A DNA stretch of 64,000 nt from Guillardia theta CCMP2712 (GCF_000315625.1 NW_005434662.1:1-64000); one strand, 5' to 3'. Counted from the stretch's first letter, positions 23,731-37,789 are shown. The notes: generated by a model not told the origin, from the letters alone. Translations and numbers: made by a program.

Positions 23731-24435
23731 CTTGTCCTGGAGACTACTACCTCTACTGCTTTGGTACTACCCTCCCCCCTCGAGCACAAATTGGGTTGGG
23801 TCAAAATGAACCCCCGACCCCGTCATACAGATTGGGCAGTCCGCATCCCGTGTCGGAAACACGAGGGTGGAGGGGTGTAGACACCCTGGAGTCACAGCTC
23901 TCAGGTAGGGTGGGTGGATACGACAGCAGCAGAACTTCGAGAAGACTAGATTTAAAAAATGGTTTTATATCACAACAAAATTGATTCCACAAAACAGTGC
24001 AAGTTTCAAAATGAAGCGGAAATTTTACATATTTTGACTAAATTTCGGGAGATTTGGAGAAGCCTGTCTAAGCCGAGCCACGTGTGCCAATCAGCAATGG
24101 AATAAATAATCTAGACCTTCTCTCGAACTACCCCTACCCTCTAATTCAGACAAAATATTGACAATCAGATGGAACATTTTAATCACCGTCCACTCCTTCA
24201 AGAACAGAGTTGGCGTACCCAGATGAAAAGTTTTTTTTGGGAGGGTTTAGATGCCGGATTGGACGCTCTTCATACCACCGTCTTGCAGGGATCCATACTT
24301 TTTTTTAACGAAATGAAGGGCCCATCCAATGGAGGGGGGTGGGGCATGTCAAAAGCGACCTAGATGCGGGGGTGGGGTGGGTTGGGGGGAAAGGCGGGAA
24401 AAGAAGTGTGAGGAGCTTCGGACACAGCACGCGCC

Positions 24436-25278
24436 ATGTCCAACAAGGTACGCCACGCGTTGATAAGAGAAGGATGTAAACCCTACTGCTCCTTGTGTCT
24501 GCTTCTATGCAGGCACAGTTGTTTTGCTCGTCTGTTTTGTATTCCCTCTCTGTTTTAGCATACATTCGTAATGCTTTACTTTCCGAATATTGCCGTTGCT
24601 TGCTGTTGAGCCTTGCTGACTTGCTTGTAACAGAAAATTGATGGCCCAGCCATTGGCATTGACCTTGGAACCACCTACTCCTGCGTAGGAATTTGGCAAA
24701 ATGAACGTGTGGAGATCATCGCCAACGACCAGGGCAACAGGACTACTCCATCGTGGGTTGCCTTCACAGAGTCAGAACGCCTTATCGGAGACGCTGCCAA
24801 GAACCAGGCTGCGATGAATCCCCACAACACCATTTTCGATGCCAAGCGTCTCATCGGTCGCAAGATGGATGATCCCTCCCTCCAGGCTGACTTGAAGCAC
24901 TTTCCATTCAAGGTTGTCACCAAGGATGGCAAGCCTCATATCCAGGCCGAATACAAGGGAGAGAATAAGACCTTCTCTCCTGAGGAAATCTCCTCTATGA
25001 TTCTCACCAAGATGAAGGAGACCTCTGAGGCCTATTTGGGTAAGGAGGTCAAGCACGCTGTCATCACCGTTCCAGCCTACTTCAACGACTCCCAGCGTCA
25101 GGCCACCAAAGATGCTGGCTTGATTGCTGGTCTCAACGTTCTTCGTATCATCAACGAGCCTACTGCTGCTGCCATTGCCTACGGTCTCGAGAAGAAGGGT
25201 AGCGGAGAGCGTAACATCTTGATCTATGATCTTGGAGGTGGTACTTTCGATGTTTCTCTTTTGACCATCGACGATGGA

Positions 25279-25313
<35 letters not shown>

Positions 25314-26577
25314 CTTGGGAGGAGAGGACTTCGACAATCGTTTGGTTCAGTTTGTTCTCCAAGAATTCAAGAGGAAGCACAAGAAGGATCCATCTGAGAA
25401 CGCTCGTGCTCTTCGTCGTATCAGGACGGCTTGTGAGCGAGCCAAGCGAACCCTGTCATCAGCGGCCAACACTACCATTGAGGTTGATTCCTGCTTCGAG
25501 GGAATTGATTTCTACACCAACATCACTCGCGCCAAGTTTGAGGAACTTTGTTCTGACTTGTTCCGTGGAACCCTCGACCCTGTCGATCGCGTTTTGAGGG
25601 ATTCCAAGATTTCTAAAGGCCAGGTCCACGAGATCGTTCTTGTCGGAGGTTCAACTCGTATTCCCAAGGTCCAGTCTCTCCTTCAGGACTTCTTCAATGG
25701 CAAGGAGTTGAACAAGAGCATCAATCCAGATGAGGCCGTTGCCTACGGAGCTGCTGTTCAGGCTGCCATCTTGGCTGGAGTCGACTCTGAGAAGACGCAG
25801 GATCTTCTTCTTCTTGATGTTGCTCCCTTGTCCCTCGGTATCGAGACTGCCGGAGGTGTGATGACTAAGCTCATTGAGCGCAACACCACCATTCCCTGCA
25901 AGAAGTCCCAGGTCTTCTCCACGTATGCGGACAATCAGCCTGGTGTGCTCATCCAGGTTTATGAAGGAGAGCGTCAGATGACTAAGGACAACAATCTTCT
26001 TGGCAAGTTCCAGTTGGATGGAATTCCCCCTGCCCCTCGTGGTGTTCCACAGATCGAGGTGTCGTTCGATCTCGATGCCAACGGTATCATGAACGTTTCG
26101 GCCCAAGACAAGTCCACCGGCAAGCAGAACAAGATCACCATCACTAATGACAAGGGTCGTCTCAGCCAGGATGACATTGAGCGCATGGTCAAGGAGGCTG
26201 AGCGCTTCAAGGAGGAGGACGAGAGGCAGCGCAAGAAGGTTGACGCTAAGAACTCTCTTGAGAACTACGCTTATTCTCTCAAGAACACGCTCAACGACGA
26301 GAAGGTTGCTGGCAAGCTCGACGAATCAGACAAGTCTTCGCTCACCAGCAAAATTGACGAGACCATCTCTTGGTTGGAGAGCAATGCCAATGCTGAAGTT
26401 GAAGAGTTCGAGGCAAAGCAGAAGGCTCTGGAGGGTGTCGCCATGCCCATCATGACCAAGCTCTACCAGGGTGGAGGAATGCCTGATATGGGCGGCGGCA
26501 TGCCTGACATGAGTGGTGGTGCTCCTCCTTCTGGTGCTGGTGGCGCTGGCGGACCTCACATCGAGGAGGTCGACTAA
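24436..26577 (+). CDS. HSP70: Cytosolic heat shock protein 70; join(24436..24447,24634..26577)
   Basis: MSNK|[41 protein letters not shown]-terminal GGMP repeats and EEVD; intron GTACGC...GCTGAC...CAG keeps the frame. Confidence 0.97.
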
Positions 26578-26683
26578 GTCGTACAACATCTTCAACTCCT
26601 GTACTAGTAATAAATGATTTCGATATCATTCATATGCAGTGGTTTGTCTTGATTGGTGCACACATTTCGGTTATTTCTTGATA

Positions 26684-28360
26684 TCACTTCTTTCCCAAGA
26701 AAAGTGCCATGTTGGCAACCATGGCGGGTGGCCATCGGCGCACAGTGGACAGCCAATCAAGGTCTCTGCAGACTAGTCACAGAAAAGTCTACCTGGAGAT
26801 AAGGGATTGCCTGTAGAGACTGCATCCTGTCTGGATCTTGTTGCATGCGAATTCCCACTGGATTCAAATCAGAACCTCCCCTTCTAGGTTGCTTTCACCT
26901 CCGACTCAGCAGTCTCGCGATCCCCCGCACTCCATGCGATGGCGGCAAGAGCAACGTGCATGTCCGTGTAACCTGACAACTTATGACCATTTACAGCACA
27001 TTCCATCAAACAGTGTTACCGGGATTTCTCCGGATGATGTCCGACATCATCTGTTAGAGGCATCAGTACTAGTTGGTAGCGTAATCGCTTTTTTTTTACC
27101 TTGGTAGCTTCTTTCGTCTGTCCGACCTGTAGGTGGTGCAATGGGTCAGCAGTGAACATGGTCAACCTCAAATCATCTGCCTGGTAGAGAGCGAGCGCAT
27201 AATTCGCTCTCACGTCCAGTGCTCGAGCTTCATCTCTGAGCTGCGAATGCCAGGCGGTCAGTATGAGGAAGGAGGACGGCGAGAGATGTCATCGAACTAC
27301 CGCGACAAACAATCGGTCGGAAGCTTCGTAGTCCACCAGTGCCTCATCTTGCAATGTTTAGACCCCACCGAGCTCAGGTTCAGCTCTCACTATATTTCCC
27401 CAGCTTGGCAAGAGCGTTCGCGCGAAAGGTGAGGACGTAAGGATTAACGCCTGTGAAGGATCATGCAGGAAAGAGGTCCTCCACTCGACCTTGCTCTCGA
27501 CCTCCTCCCCACAGTTGGATGGCGCGAGAGTAATCTGAGGTGAGATGAGACAAGGAGATTCGCATCACACAACACGACCTTGGATTGCATCTTCCCAGTT
27601 GCCCAACCCTTCACTACACAATCCTCGCTGTCTCCTTGTCTCAATGCACATGCCTCATCTTGCATGCCTCACCTGAACGAAGGTGTCTGGGTACTCCATG
27701 TATATAGCCTTTCCATTCTTCTCCTGTAGCCACCATGAGCATATCTCTCTTTAGCTTCAGTTCAACATTCCTTTTGCCCTTCCTCCATGATCGCTAGGAC
27801 TGTGTCGTAATCCTGCATCGGCGGCCTTGAGCAGGTACACAAGATTTTTCTAGTTCACCTGCTTGGCCTCTGAGAACCGTTTCAGATCCACCCGAGCATT
27901 TGCTCGAAACTGGAAACAGCATCATGAACATTGAGCGGGAGTGAGTGTGAGACACCTTGAAGAGCTCTGCCAACTCATCACGAGGACGCTTCATGCGTTG
28001 CCAGCGCTCGATCGCTGAGGAGAACAAACTCTCGGCTTCAGGCAGTCTCTTCCCATCGAACGCTCTGATGCCTCGCTGCACTATCTCTATGTCTTCATCT
28101 TGCGGCTTGTCCCACTTGACCTCCGCTGTCGCTGCACGGACGGGCAGCGACGCGGCTACGCAGATACCGACAAAAGCACGACGAGACCATTGAAGGGTCG
28201 CTTTGTCCCGAGCAGTGCAGGAGAGGGCCTGCAAGGGTCGGGAGGGAAGGCTCTTGAGCAGCCACAGAGGAGAGAGAGGAGACAGGAGGGGGGCTCGCAG
28301 AACGAAGGAGTCAACCGAGGACAGAAGCAGCACGATCCCCAAGACGCTTCTTTCCGCCAT
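26684..28360 (-). CDS. Plastid (probably thylakoid-lumen) TPR-like protein, multi-exon
   Basis: Signal peptide ending VDS-F, Ser/Pro/Leu-rich transit peptide, SRRAF...VRAATA twin-arginine signal; TPR-like RGIRAFDGKRLPEAESLFSSAIE; last exon DLDWLSTVRRWPPAMVANMALFL resembles the end of a cyanobacterial/plant TPR family. Confidence 0.75.
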
Positions 28361-28404
28361 GATAAGCCCTTTAAAACTCCCAGATGTATCGCTCATACTT
28401 CCAT

Positions 28405-28769
28405 AGTACGGCGGCCCGGCCCGCCGAACGGTCCGGTCACGGGAGTCCGGCAGACCCGGCCGCCGGCCGCCGGGGCCCGCGTCACCGTGGCACGCCCGGC
28501 TGACGGCGTGCGGGAGTCGGCCGTCACGGCCCGGCGTGACCCGGCCCAACTAAAAGTTGAGCGACGGGTGACCCCGTACCCGGAACAGTCACGGCGGATC
28601 ATGGCGAGTCAGGGCTGCGGCCACCGGGTGCCCGGCGGCCAGCCTGGCAGGCCGCGCCGGGGCCCTCCGACTGCGGCAGCACTGGCCGGGGCCGCCGAGT
28701 GCCACGGTGTCTGGAGTCCCGGCCCGGGAGAAGCCAGGGCGGGCCGCCCGGCGCGGCAGCAGGCCCGCC

Positions 28770-28824
<55 letters not shown>

Positions 28825-29330
28825 ATGAGCCTATGATGCCCGGCGGGCCGGGGTCGGACGGTCCGGAGCCGTCACGGCGACGGTCCGTCGGGACTGGGAG
28901 TTCCGAGTCCGATGCCATGATGATGACCCTCACTGAAATCAGACTCAGTCTGACTCAGTGGCGCGGGGGCCGGGTCACTCCGATGATGATCATAGCCTAG
29001 TAGCGGGCGGCGTCACGGTGTGACAGTCATCTTTACTCAAAGTTAAGTTAAAGATCAGTACGAGGACAATCAGGAGAGTCGAGGAGGCTTGACCCTGACA
29101 CTGTCGCACAGGCCAAACGGCGATCAGAAGAGAAAAGACAGCGAGAACCAAACGGGCCCAATCCGGCCAACTGCTGTCCCCCAAACTTAACTGACAGTCA
29201 CTGACTCGGTGCCGGCGGCGCACTCCGCAGTGCCCGGCCACCGTTCGGTACGGTGCCCGGTGGTCAAACGGCGGGCCGGGGCCGTGACCGTGACTGCAGT
29301 AGTGCTCCCGGGCCAGCCTCAGCGAGTTTG
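28405..29330. other. GC-rich palindrome-dense intergenic island 4 with a (GCC)n run
   Basis: CCGG/GTCAC/GTGAC/CTGAGTC motifs; (GCC)n at ~28770..28823; between divergent genes. Confidence 0.75.
29031..29194 (-). repeat. Dispersed ~155-bp island repeat, copy C
   Basis: Reverse complement of copy B with two micro-insertions. Confidence 0.9.
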
Positions 29331-29509
29331 TGCGGAGTCAGCAAACTTGACTCGTACCCGTTACAGTCTGTTTGTGTGCGATCGGAACCTCAAATAAATT
29401 TTGAAATCACCTCTGGTTATTTCATGTTTTAAAGCAAAAAATCAAAGCCTGCTCTCAAATTTCAATTTGAGTTTGCATGGCCGGGATGCCTGTGCGTGGA
29501 GAAGGTTGA

Positions 29510-29785
29510 AGGAGGAAGGGAGGGAGGGAGAGACAGAGACAGAGACAGAGACAGAGACAGAGACAGAGACAGAGACAGAGACAGAGACTGGCAGGCAGGC
29601 AGGCACAGAGACAGAGACAGAGACTGGCAGGCAGGCAGGCAGGGGTGGGGGGGGGGGAGAGGGAGGGAGGGAGGGAGGGAGGGAGGGAGGGGAGGAGGGA
29701 AGAGAGAGAGACAGAGGCAGCCAGGCAGCCAGGCAGGGGGGGGGAGGGAGCGAGGGAGCGAGGGAGCGAGGGAGAGAGAGAGACA
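29510..29785 (+). repeat. Compound purine microsatellite (GAGACA, GGCA, GGGA)
   Basis: Tandem runs seen directly. Confidence 0.9.
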
Positions 29786-30411
29786 GGTTGGTAGATGCTG
29801 GTGAATTTGACGACATTGTGAGAGGAAGAAAAAGGCAGCATCCTTAAGATCACAGTGTTGATGTATATAGAATCATTGGCTTCTCAAGACTTTTAGTGGG
29901 AGCAAGGAAGGCAGGAGGATGTGCGAAGGCAAGGTGAACAAATCGACGATGATGTTGAGGACAGAAGCGAAAGCGATGCTGATTTGGGAAGGATGATTAA
30001 GATTAAAACAGAAGATGCTTCAGACGATTAGAGTAATAGGGCATAAGATATAATTAGAAGACAAGCATGGCTTTGCCATGTCAGATGGGCTTGAGAAAAG
30101 CGATTGGAAGCCGGCAGAGTAGACGATGAAGATGTGTGCACGTCTGACATGGAGGAGAGGTCATTTAGAAAGGAACAAGGCAATCAGAGCATTGGTTTTA
30201 TATGGCGTTGAATGCCAACAAGACTCAGTCTGTTGAGCCTATTTGCCCTCAATTAGAGGCTCACTTTGACATCAAACAAGCAGGTCATTTCATGAACATC
30301 AAGAAAAACTCTCCAAACATCGGGCAGATCTGACATCCGTTTCATCACACTGTTCCCATGTTTTCTTAGAAGTGAGTTCTCCAAGGTTTCTCAGCAGTTT
30401 GAGCAGTCGAC

Positions 30412-33400
30412 ATGAAGAAGCTCTTGAAAGTAGCAAGTTTTGGGATGTCAAGATCCAAGAACAAGGGTTCTAAAGACAAGGCGGCTTCAAGTGATGTTGC
30501 ACCGCAGAACAATCAGGAGGTGCAAAAAGCTTCTTCTCAACCTCCTCAGCAGATTGCAAGTGTGCAGAAGCAAACAGTCCCTGCGCTAGATCTTGCTCGG
30601 GCTGAACGACAGCGAGATATGGAAGAGAAATCGAGTACGAACCAGTCCTACACCTCTGACAAGATGCATAAGGCTCAGAACAGCAGTCAGACAACGCATG
30701 AAACTGCTGTACTTGCAGAGGAGAAGCTGAAGAAAGATGCAGCGAGGAAGGAGGAGGCGAACAATCAAAGAGACGAGAATCTTGAGAGAGCAATCAACGA
30801 TTCGATGGATTTCCTCGCCAATGAGGGTCTCAACTCTCCTGGTCTTTTCAAGGAGAAATGTAGCGAGCAACTCAAGGTTTCTGTGATGCAGGCAATCCTG
30901 GCAGGAAAACAAGTCGATTTCATCTCAATGAACAATGCAGCTTTGGCGACGACCATACTCGAAGAGTGCTTCATGCACAGTAGCTCTCCGATCTTTCCTG
31001 TCAAGTTGTTGGATCCCTTATACGAAGCCATGTGTATCCAGGGGGTGAAGAAATCGCATGCTCGAGTTCAGAGCATCCTCCTAGAAGCGATCCAGACGAA
31101 CACGCTCTCGCCCGTCTTCCTCAATCTCCTTGGATTGCTCAACCTTGTCGTGCAACACTCGGATCATAATCACTTCACCTTACATGACGCTTCCGAGCAC
31201 TTCGCACGCTTCATGGCGCAAGACAAGCAACAAGTGCTGTCGAACGGCGATCGCAACGAGCGGGCAACTCAAGCAGCTGTCGTCCTCAAGGAGCTCATTG
31301 AGCATGTCTACACCATGTTCCCTTCTCCCAACGCCCAAGAAGAGCCCTCAGCTGGCGCAGCATCTGCCGATCACCAGCAGGCAACCGAGACATCTACTGC
31401 TGACGATGAGGATGCCGAGAGCAAGACCGAGGCGCTGGAGACGCATGCCAACGATAACCAATGGGTTCACTTCCCTGAACCTGAACGCCCCTCACAAGAA
31501 GAGGATGCCACAGCACCCGTGGAAAGTTTTGACGAGCATAGAGATGATTCTCTTGTCAGCTCCAGCGATGCTGGGCAAGACGTCGAGCAGTCGCTCAAGC
31601 AGCCAGCAGCGACGGGGGAAGAGGATGCGCAAGAAGAGTTTGTGCCTGTTGACTTCACAGCCATCGCCAAGTTCAACTATGACGCCACTGAGAGCGACGA
31701 GCTGACGCTTCGGAAGGGAGACAAGATCAAGCTGACGCATCGAGTCTCGTGGGATCATGACACTGACCAGGGCTGGTACATCGGGCGGATCGGGGACAGG
31801 AGCGGGCATCTCCCCTCAACGCACATTCAGATCGTTTACGAGGACGTGTTCGAGGACGAGGGGGCTGAGCCTATGACTGAAGCGATGGATGCTGAGGCGG
31901 GGCCAGCATCCGAGCCTCCCAATCAAGGAGAAGCCTCGGGATCTGACGAGCAAGACGCCATGGGCGAGAGCGAAGCGCCCAGCAGTCAACGTCCTCAGCT
32001 CGCGGATATGCATGACGAAGAAGACAAGGAGACAAGCGTCGACATGGAGTGGAATGATGATGGCAAGCACAAGGAGCTGGAAGGCAACAGCAAGACGGAG
32101 GATGAAGAGTCGTTAGTTGCCTCGCTGTCAAAGAGGGAGAGCGATAAGGAGTCGTTCGAACTCGACGCGAATCATCCGTCGCCCATGGAACATGAAGATG
32201 CCGAGTCGCTCGATCTTTCAAGAAATCTACATCTGGATCAGTATGACGTGCTTCTCGCTAGTGCCACAAGGTGTTGTTGGATACTTCCACGCTGCTGTTC
32301 TGATTTTCTTGCAGTGACGTCGAGGAGAGCCAGCACAGCAAGGAGTACGTCACGGCAACCCTTGAGCTTGTCGACGGAGCACATCCTGAGATCAGAGGGA
32401 CGGAGGTGGGAGGGAAGGTGCCCCAGGAGATCGCCTACTTCGACGACCTCCAACGTGATCTCATAGGAAGCCTCTTTGACGCGAGCTGCAGCCTCGAACA
32501 GAAGAGCTCGACCAACTCTGTGATCGACGACAAGCTCAAGAGGGCCTGGAAAGACGCCTTGACCCAGTACGTGAACAAGAACAAGTCAAACGACAGGCTG
32601 CCCAAGCAGGAAGCAGCCCCGAACCCTCGGAGGCTCGTCAAAGCTGACTCCTTCTCTTCGAGCGTGATGCGCATGACCAAGAGTGCTCGGATAAAAGACG
32701 AAGAGAAGCGAACGAGGATCGAGCAGCTGAAGCAGCAAAGCGTGCAGGCTGCGAGCGCGAAGCAGGCAGCTTCTCTCAAGTCGCAGGACACGAAGAAACT
32801 CTCTCTTCAGACGGAGGTGTACTCCAAGACCACTCAGCGACCTCAGCCACGTCCCTGGAGGAACCCTCCCAGCGGGTTCAAGGCGTCCTCCTCCCAGAAG
32901 GTGCCCAGGTATGTTGACCCCGACGTTGTCATGGAGAGATGGAGGAAAGAGTGGGAGGAGAAGGTCATGAACGACCCGGACGTCAAGTTCCCCTCAGCGG
33001 CTGACAGCAGCAGCTACGCAGAACGTCTGCGGAGCTTCTCGCACTCGTTGGATGGCTCTGATGACAAGCCGGTGGAGCAGGAGGCGTCTACCTCGCTCTC
33101 GCTCTCGCTCTCTCAAGTCCATCAGATCCGTGAGAGTCAACGCGAGCGCATCAAGGAGTACAACAGAGCCCTGGTGAGCACCCCGAGGCCCAAGTCTCGT
33201 CCTGCTACTTCCAGGCACAGCGATGGAGGCTCTTCGGTCACGGTGGAGCAGCAGGCCGACAGACGGTCTGAGCGAGCTCGCTCGTTGAGCGCCGGGAGGG
33301 CTCGGTTAGAAGACGCTGAGGTCAGCGACGGGGATCGAAAGCCCCGGAAACGAGAGCTTATGAGCGAGAACGCTGCCGTCAGACACATCGCTCGCCAACG

Positions 33401-36400
33401 AGCTGCCTGGGAGCGGCAACATGAGGGCCGGTCGTCCTCGGTAGAGCCTCCCAGCAAGAACAGAGCTCCGGCTCCCGCTGAAGCTGCAGACAAGCCCAAC
33501 CAGGCGACAGTGGCGGCGAGCAAGGCGTTGCGACTAGCAGGGACAGCAGCGAACGCGAAGCGGGGGATCAAGCGAACCCCTGGCAAGTCACCCAAGGCTG
33601 CAGACGCTCCTGCGCTTGCCGAGAAGTTCCACATGCTCGAGGCTCACCTTCAGCGAGTCTCTCCCATCCAGTCTGCCTCGCTCAACTCCGCTGAGCCCTC
33701 CAAGGAGAAGCTGCCGATGTCCCATCCTCCCGCTGACCTCCCGGTCGACTACCTCTTCAAGGAGGACGCACCTGTCAGCGGCTTGCCACATGTCGACCCC
33801 AGCAGCTCAGCCTCCATCGCCAACCGAGCGAGTGGATCTCAGAGGTTCTCCTCCAGCGCTGATCTCTCCGTCACCGCAGTCCGTAGAGCAGACAAGCACG
33901 ACCTGCTGAGACGAGACGACCGCAGGGGTCCAGCTCAGTCCCAGGAGAAGCTCACCTGGAGCGTGCTTGACGCCAGCTCCTCCTCCAAGGATGACCCTGC
34001 CAGGTTTGCGCAGGAGGTGCAAAACCTCATCGACGCTGTGGGGGTCGTCAGCCTCCACAAGCGCCCTCTAGAGCCTCTCCTCTCCCCTCCCGTCGCTGCT
34101 GGGCTCGAGCACGCCCTCCGCAAGGACTCGCAGTTTCTTGATGGCCCCTTCCGGCCCCAGCTGAGGTGCCTGGAGACGGTAGGAGCGTTTTCGCTTCCCA
34201 AGGAGCCGCTTCCTACCCTCGTGCTGCCGTGCGGTGCTCTCATCTGGCGCTCAGATCGGGGCTGCGAGACGTACACGACCTTCCTGCCGGAGGGGACGGA
34301 CAACGGGGTCTACCTGCACTGTTACTCGCGGTACCGGGAGGAGATGAAGGAGGGGATGTGGATTCCCGAGGCTATCTTCGTCGCCTCTCGCACTCAATTT
34401 CATGCCTCCATCCTCTTCGCTCTCACTGCTTACGCCTCGAACTTGCCTGCCTCGGTGCCCTGGGACACGTCGCACGTCAAGGAGCTGATCTCCATCCTCG
34501 CCATGCCTGTGCCCCTCCCCGGACAGCCGCTGCATGTTCAGATGTACAGTCAGATCGTCCACGTCCAGCGCCCCTCCGCCAAGGAGCTCCCGCTGGCAGA
34601 CATCGACTTTGCCGTCCTCTTCCGCTGCCTGGACCTCGTCACCATTCGCCGGGTCCTCCTCCTCCTCCTCCTCGGCGAGCCACAATTGCTGGTTGTGGCA
34701 GACGATGCCAGCGTGCTGTTCCCGATCCTCGAGGCCTTGAAGCTGCTGCTCTTCCCGTTTGAGTGGCCCTTCACTATGATTCCTATCCTCCCTATCAACT
34801 TCTTGACCGAGCTTGACTCCCCCTTCCCCTTCCTCCTCGGGGTCACCAGACCTGCCCTTCCGCGAGGAAGAGTCCCTTCCAACGTGTCGGTGCTGGACAC
34901 AACGCACAAGACTCTCTCCATCCCCCCGGCCCTCAGTGCTCTCGAGCGCAGCAGCGCAGGAGTCGCTCTCGCCCGGGCCATGGACGAGCGTCTCCTCGCC
35001 TTCGAAGAGCGAGTCCTCCACGTGCTCCAAGGACACGCCGCGTGTGATCCAGCCAAGACGACCAACGACGAGATCTGGGCTGAGGCAATCACGGTGAGGG
35101 AACAGGTGACGTCAGCATGACTGGGTTGACCTGGTTGACAGGCACCTGGGACGTGGAAGTCTTTGAATGAGAACCACGTCTCTCCGCTGCAAACTTGTGT
35201 AGATGTTCTGAGAAACAACCTCCTGTTTGACCTCGGTGAGGCGAACAATGCATGCACCTGACCTCTCTTCCCTTGCGCTCTTGTGACTTGTGATTCCAGT
35301 CAGTTTGGTCTTCCGCTTTCCTCTCTTCGTTCAGAACGCTGTTGACGACGATGCGGTGATGGAGATCAGACAGAAGAAGCTTCTCCCTCCCAGCGGTACG
35401 AATGTCGTCCATGTCGACACAGCAGGCCTTGTCGGCGCGTCGGAGGAGCCGGAGATCCTAGAGGTTCTCTGCCGGACTCGCATGTTCAACCTGCTTGTCG
35501 CCAAGAGGATGCCGTACTGGGAGGCCGCGTTTGGCCTCCGGACGAGGTACAGTTGTGTGCCATGCATGCGAGCGAGTGAGGTCACCTGAGCAGAGGCAAG
35601 GGCGCGAGGAAGGCGAGAGCGGGCGACCTCGTGGAGACGTACATGAGGGCGAGGCTGGAGGCGGAGGCACACGAGGTGGAGGGTCGCTGACGGGGTGAAG
35701 TCAAGTCACGTGCCTGGCAGATCGCGAACTTGGAGACGATCCAGATGTGTGGGTTCTTGTTTGTGCAGGAGGACAGGCGGCAGCAGGCAGGCACGAGTGT
35801 GCAGGGAGAGCGGAGCCTCACGCGATCGGAGAGGAGCCATGAGAGCGGCTGGCAGTTGAAGTGGTGCGAGCTGGACGGGTGAGTAGCAAGAGCTTGCGAG
35901 GAGGAGGGGGAGGGAGCCTGAGACTTTCTTGCAGCCTCTCCTTGAAGATGCTGGTCTTTCAGAGCCCCGCAGGTGCCCCAGTCCTCCTTGACCTGCCCCT
36001 CCCTCACTTGCTGCACAGGTCCAGCTCCTTCAGTGGTCGGTGGGGAGGCGTCGGAGGACGATGTGGTCTTCCTTCTGGAGGAGCGAGAGACTTTCATCAA
36101 CGCCTTCGAGTCGAGTCGCAGGCACTGAACTTCTCCTCCTCCTCCCTCACTGACAACCTTTTCAGGGACCCGACCTCCTTCAACTTCGAGATCTCTGTGA
36201 GAGGACAGGGCTCGGTGACAGATCTTCTCCTCCCCGCTCCCGTTCATCCCTCCCCCTCTCCCTCCCCTCTTCCTTGTGCTCCATCTCTACTCTCAACTCC
36301 ATCTGGTGATTGATCCCAAAGGTGCAGGGGAGTGGGCAGGACGTGATACGGTCACTTCGCATCTGCGCCAAGGTAGCCTTCAGCTGCAGCTCCTGCTGGC

Positions 36401-36603
36401 TGACCTGTTGCCAGGATGCCGCGTCTCGAACAAGCTGGATAAAGCACATCCGAGCTCGATGCATGGGACCCGAGGTGAGAAAACGCTCTGCTGGACTCGA
36501 CCCGGGGCTGATCGAGACGCAGCCGCTACACAAGTTGGCAGAGATGGTAGGAACTCATGGAGGAGGAACAGACGCGAGCTCACCCCAGGGCCCGCGGCGA
36601 TGA
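30412..36603 (+). CDS. Large multidomain GTPase regulator: RhoGAP-like, SH3, low-complexity linker, DENN, possible C-terminal PH-like domain
   Basis: RhoGAP-like DFLANEGLNSPGLFKE...SPIFP; SH3 AIAKFNYDATESDELTLRKGD...GWYIG...GHLPSTHI; DENN DFAVLFRCLD...LLFPFEWPFTMIPILP...SPFPFLLGV; final exon ...SWIKHIR; linking of all ORFs into one gene is inferred from short introns. Confidence 0.7.
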
Positions 36604-36688
36604 AGAGGCGATTGTACACATAGGATTGAAGTGAAACATCTCAAACGTTCATGTCTGTTAAGTTCGCAATTAAATGTTGAAGCTCTGG

Positions 36689-37369
36689 TTATGTTTGCCT
36701 CTTGCTGTGCGTCAAGATGCCGTTGTAAGGATCTACCAGGTCCAGGAACTCAGCGAAGGAGAATTCTTTCTCTGTCTCCTGTACGCTCTTACCAAACAAC
36801 TGATCTGTCAGCTTCCCCATCACCTGCTCGCTCAGGTCAGCCCTACCCTCCAGCTCCTCGGTCGCACCTCCTTGCCATAGCGATGGTAAAGGATTTCCAT
36901 GCACTCGTCTTCGCTCATCGTCCCTCCGCCATCCTTGTCGCACACCATGAACTCTATCAGGTTGTAAAGTCGTGTCGGCTCTTGGCCCGTCCTGTCCTTT
37001 CGGCATCGCACGTAGAGCTGGACGAAGTTGTCCCAGTCGATCCACCCGTTAGCGTCCTCGTCCACTTCCCAGATGATGTCTTCCACCTCTGACAGCCCGT
37101 ACTCCGTCCTCTTCCGCGGCTGGTACCCGAGATTCTGCCGTCGAAGAGGTGAGTTGAAGCAGCAACAGGACGAGGAGAGCACTAGGGAGGTTTACCTTGT
37201 ACGCCTGAGTCAGCTCTTGGACGTCGATCTTGCCGTCTTTCTGCGACATGCTCAGAAGCCAGGTGAAGCCCAACAGAGATCTCACCTTGAGATCCATCCT
37301 CTCGAAGACGCGCCCTAGGTTGTCATAATCCACTCGCTTGTCCAGCCCATACTTTTCCCACTCTTCCAT
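36689..37369 (-). CDS. Calmodulin/centrin-like EF-hand protein, multi-exon
   Basis: EF loops DLKKDGKIDVQE, DEDANGWIDWDN, DKDGGGTMSEDE. Confidence 0.85.
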
Positions 37370-37789
37370 CTCAGACGCCTCTCACAGGAAGCAGAACGTA
37401 AGGACGTCAGGCCACTGGAAACAAGTCTGAGAGTCAGAGCGTCGCCGTGGCTTGTAAGTTGGGCAAGTCTACTCCTGTCTCAACACATCTCCTTTGCTCT
37501 CCCTCGCATTGCTACCTCTTCCTGCTCTCTTTCCTCCATCGAGGACTGCACTAGTTCCTGAATCAGCGCTCTTTCCTTTCTCAACACCCTCCGGCAGTGA
37601 AGCCGCCCAGCTGATTCTTTAGCAGAAAGATCATCAGGCTTCAGGCTCAGGTTCTCTCATCTATTCTTCAACTTCATCTTCAAGCAAGACAATCGGCTGA
37701 GCGGCCCTCGTCTAGTCTTCTCCCGGATCTCACTCGGTCACTAGCTGAGTCTGCCAGTAGCTGAGCTGAGCCTCAGCGGCGTCTCTCCT

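Noticed and set aside
24772-26106. Long antisense ORFs opposite HSP70
   Set aside because: Well-known by-product of HSP70 codon usage
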